Shown: positions 33,217-33,459 of the stretch, in pieces
How the letters are laid out: each line of letters begins with the position of its first letter
How positions within the stretch are numbered: the stretch's first letter is position 1
Source: Octopus bimaculoides
Taxonomy: Eukaryota
Length of the DNA: 33,459 nucleotides
Direction: 5' to 3'
Assembly: GCF_001194135.2 (NCBI RefSeq)
Contig: NC_068998.1
Span: 47,137,673-47,171,131, forward strand
Notes under the pieces: model-generated
Told to the model about the DNA's origin: nothing
What the model saw: only the letters and a program-made list of their open reading frames with translations
Databases searched by the model: none
Program-made: the position numbers and the translations under genes

Positions 33217-33248
<32 letters not shown>

Positions 33249-33459
33249 AATTACTCACTCGGCTCTCAATGAAGGGTGTTGGCTCTGTATAGAGACCTAA
33301 CCAGTTGTCACAGTCATGCTTTACCGCAAACATTCTTTTCTTTACTTCTTACATCAATCACGATTGGTAGTGTATGCCTTTTTTGTACATTCTGAGTTCA
33401 AATGTCGCTGATATCAACTTTGCCGATCATACATTCATATATATATATATATATATATA

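Noticed and set aside
29766-33459. Myosin first coding exon (M...LYTK-type)
   Set aside because: Candidates near 32015, 32917 and 33380 lack an in-frame ATG with a valid donor or lie in repeats. It is probably outside the window or in a gap.

Overview
AT-rich, microsatellite-dense eukaryotic genomic DNA with six N-gaps. The repeat families look like those of an octopod cephalopod (my recollection, not a database result). The only protein-coding gene I can support is a class V unconventional myosin on the minus strand. Eleven GT-AG exons (29765 down to 1068) splice in frame into 428 codons covering the SH3-like N-terminus and the motor domain up to switch II (P-loop GESGAGKT, switch [14 protein letters not shown]). 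Its first exon and 3' part are not visible here. The introns, including one of 16.2 kb, are filled with tRNA-headed SINEs (several nested, with clean target-site duplications), a (GAT)n-tailed retroposon family, hAT-, piggyBac- and mariner-derived non-autonomous DNA elements, minisatellites and microsatellites. The most interesting signal is three head-to-head inverted repeats (1600-1793, 6943-7379, 16403-16700). Their arms fold into type I hammerhead ribozymes of two different families with palindromic or near-palindromic stem III, the architecture known for Penelope-like retroelement pLTRs. Every fully visible copy has a core or stem III lesion, and one possibly intact copy runs into an assembly gap. 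Almost all ORFs in the supplied track are microsatellite or N-gap artefacts.
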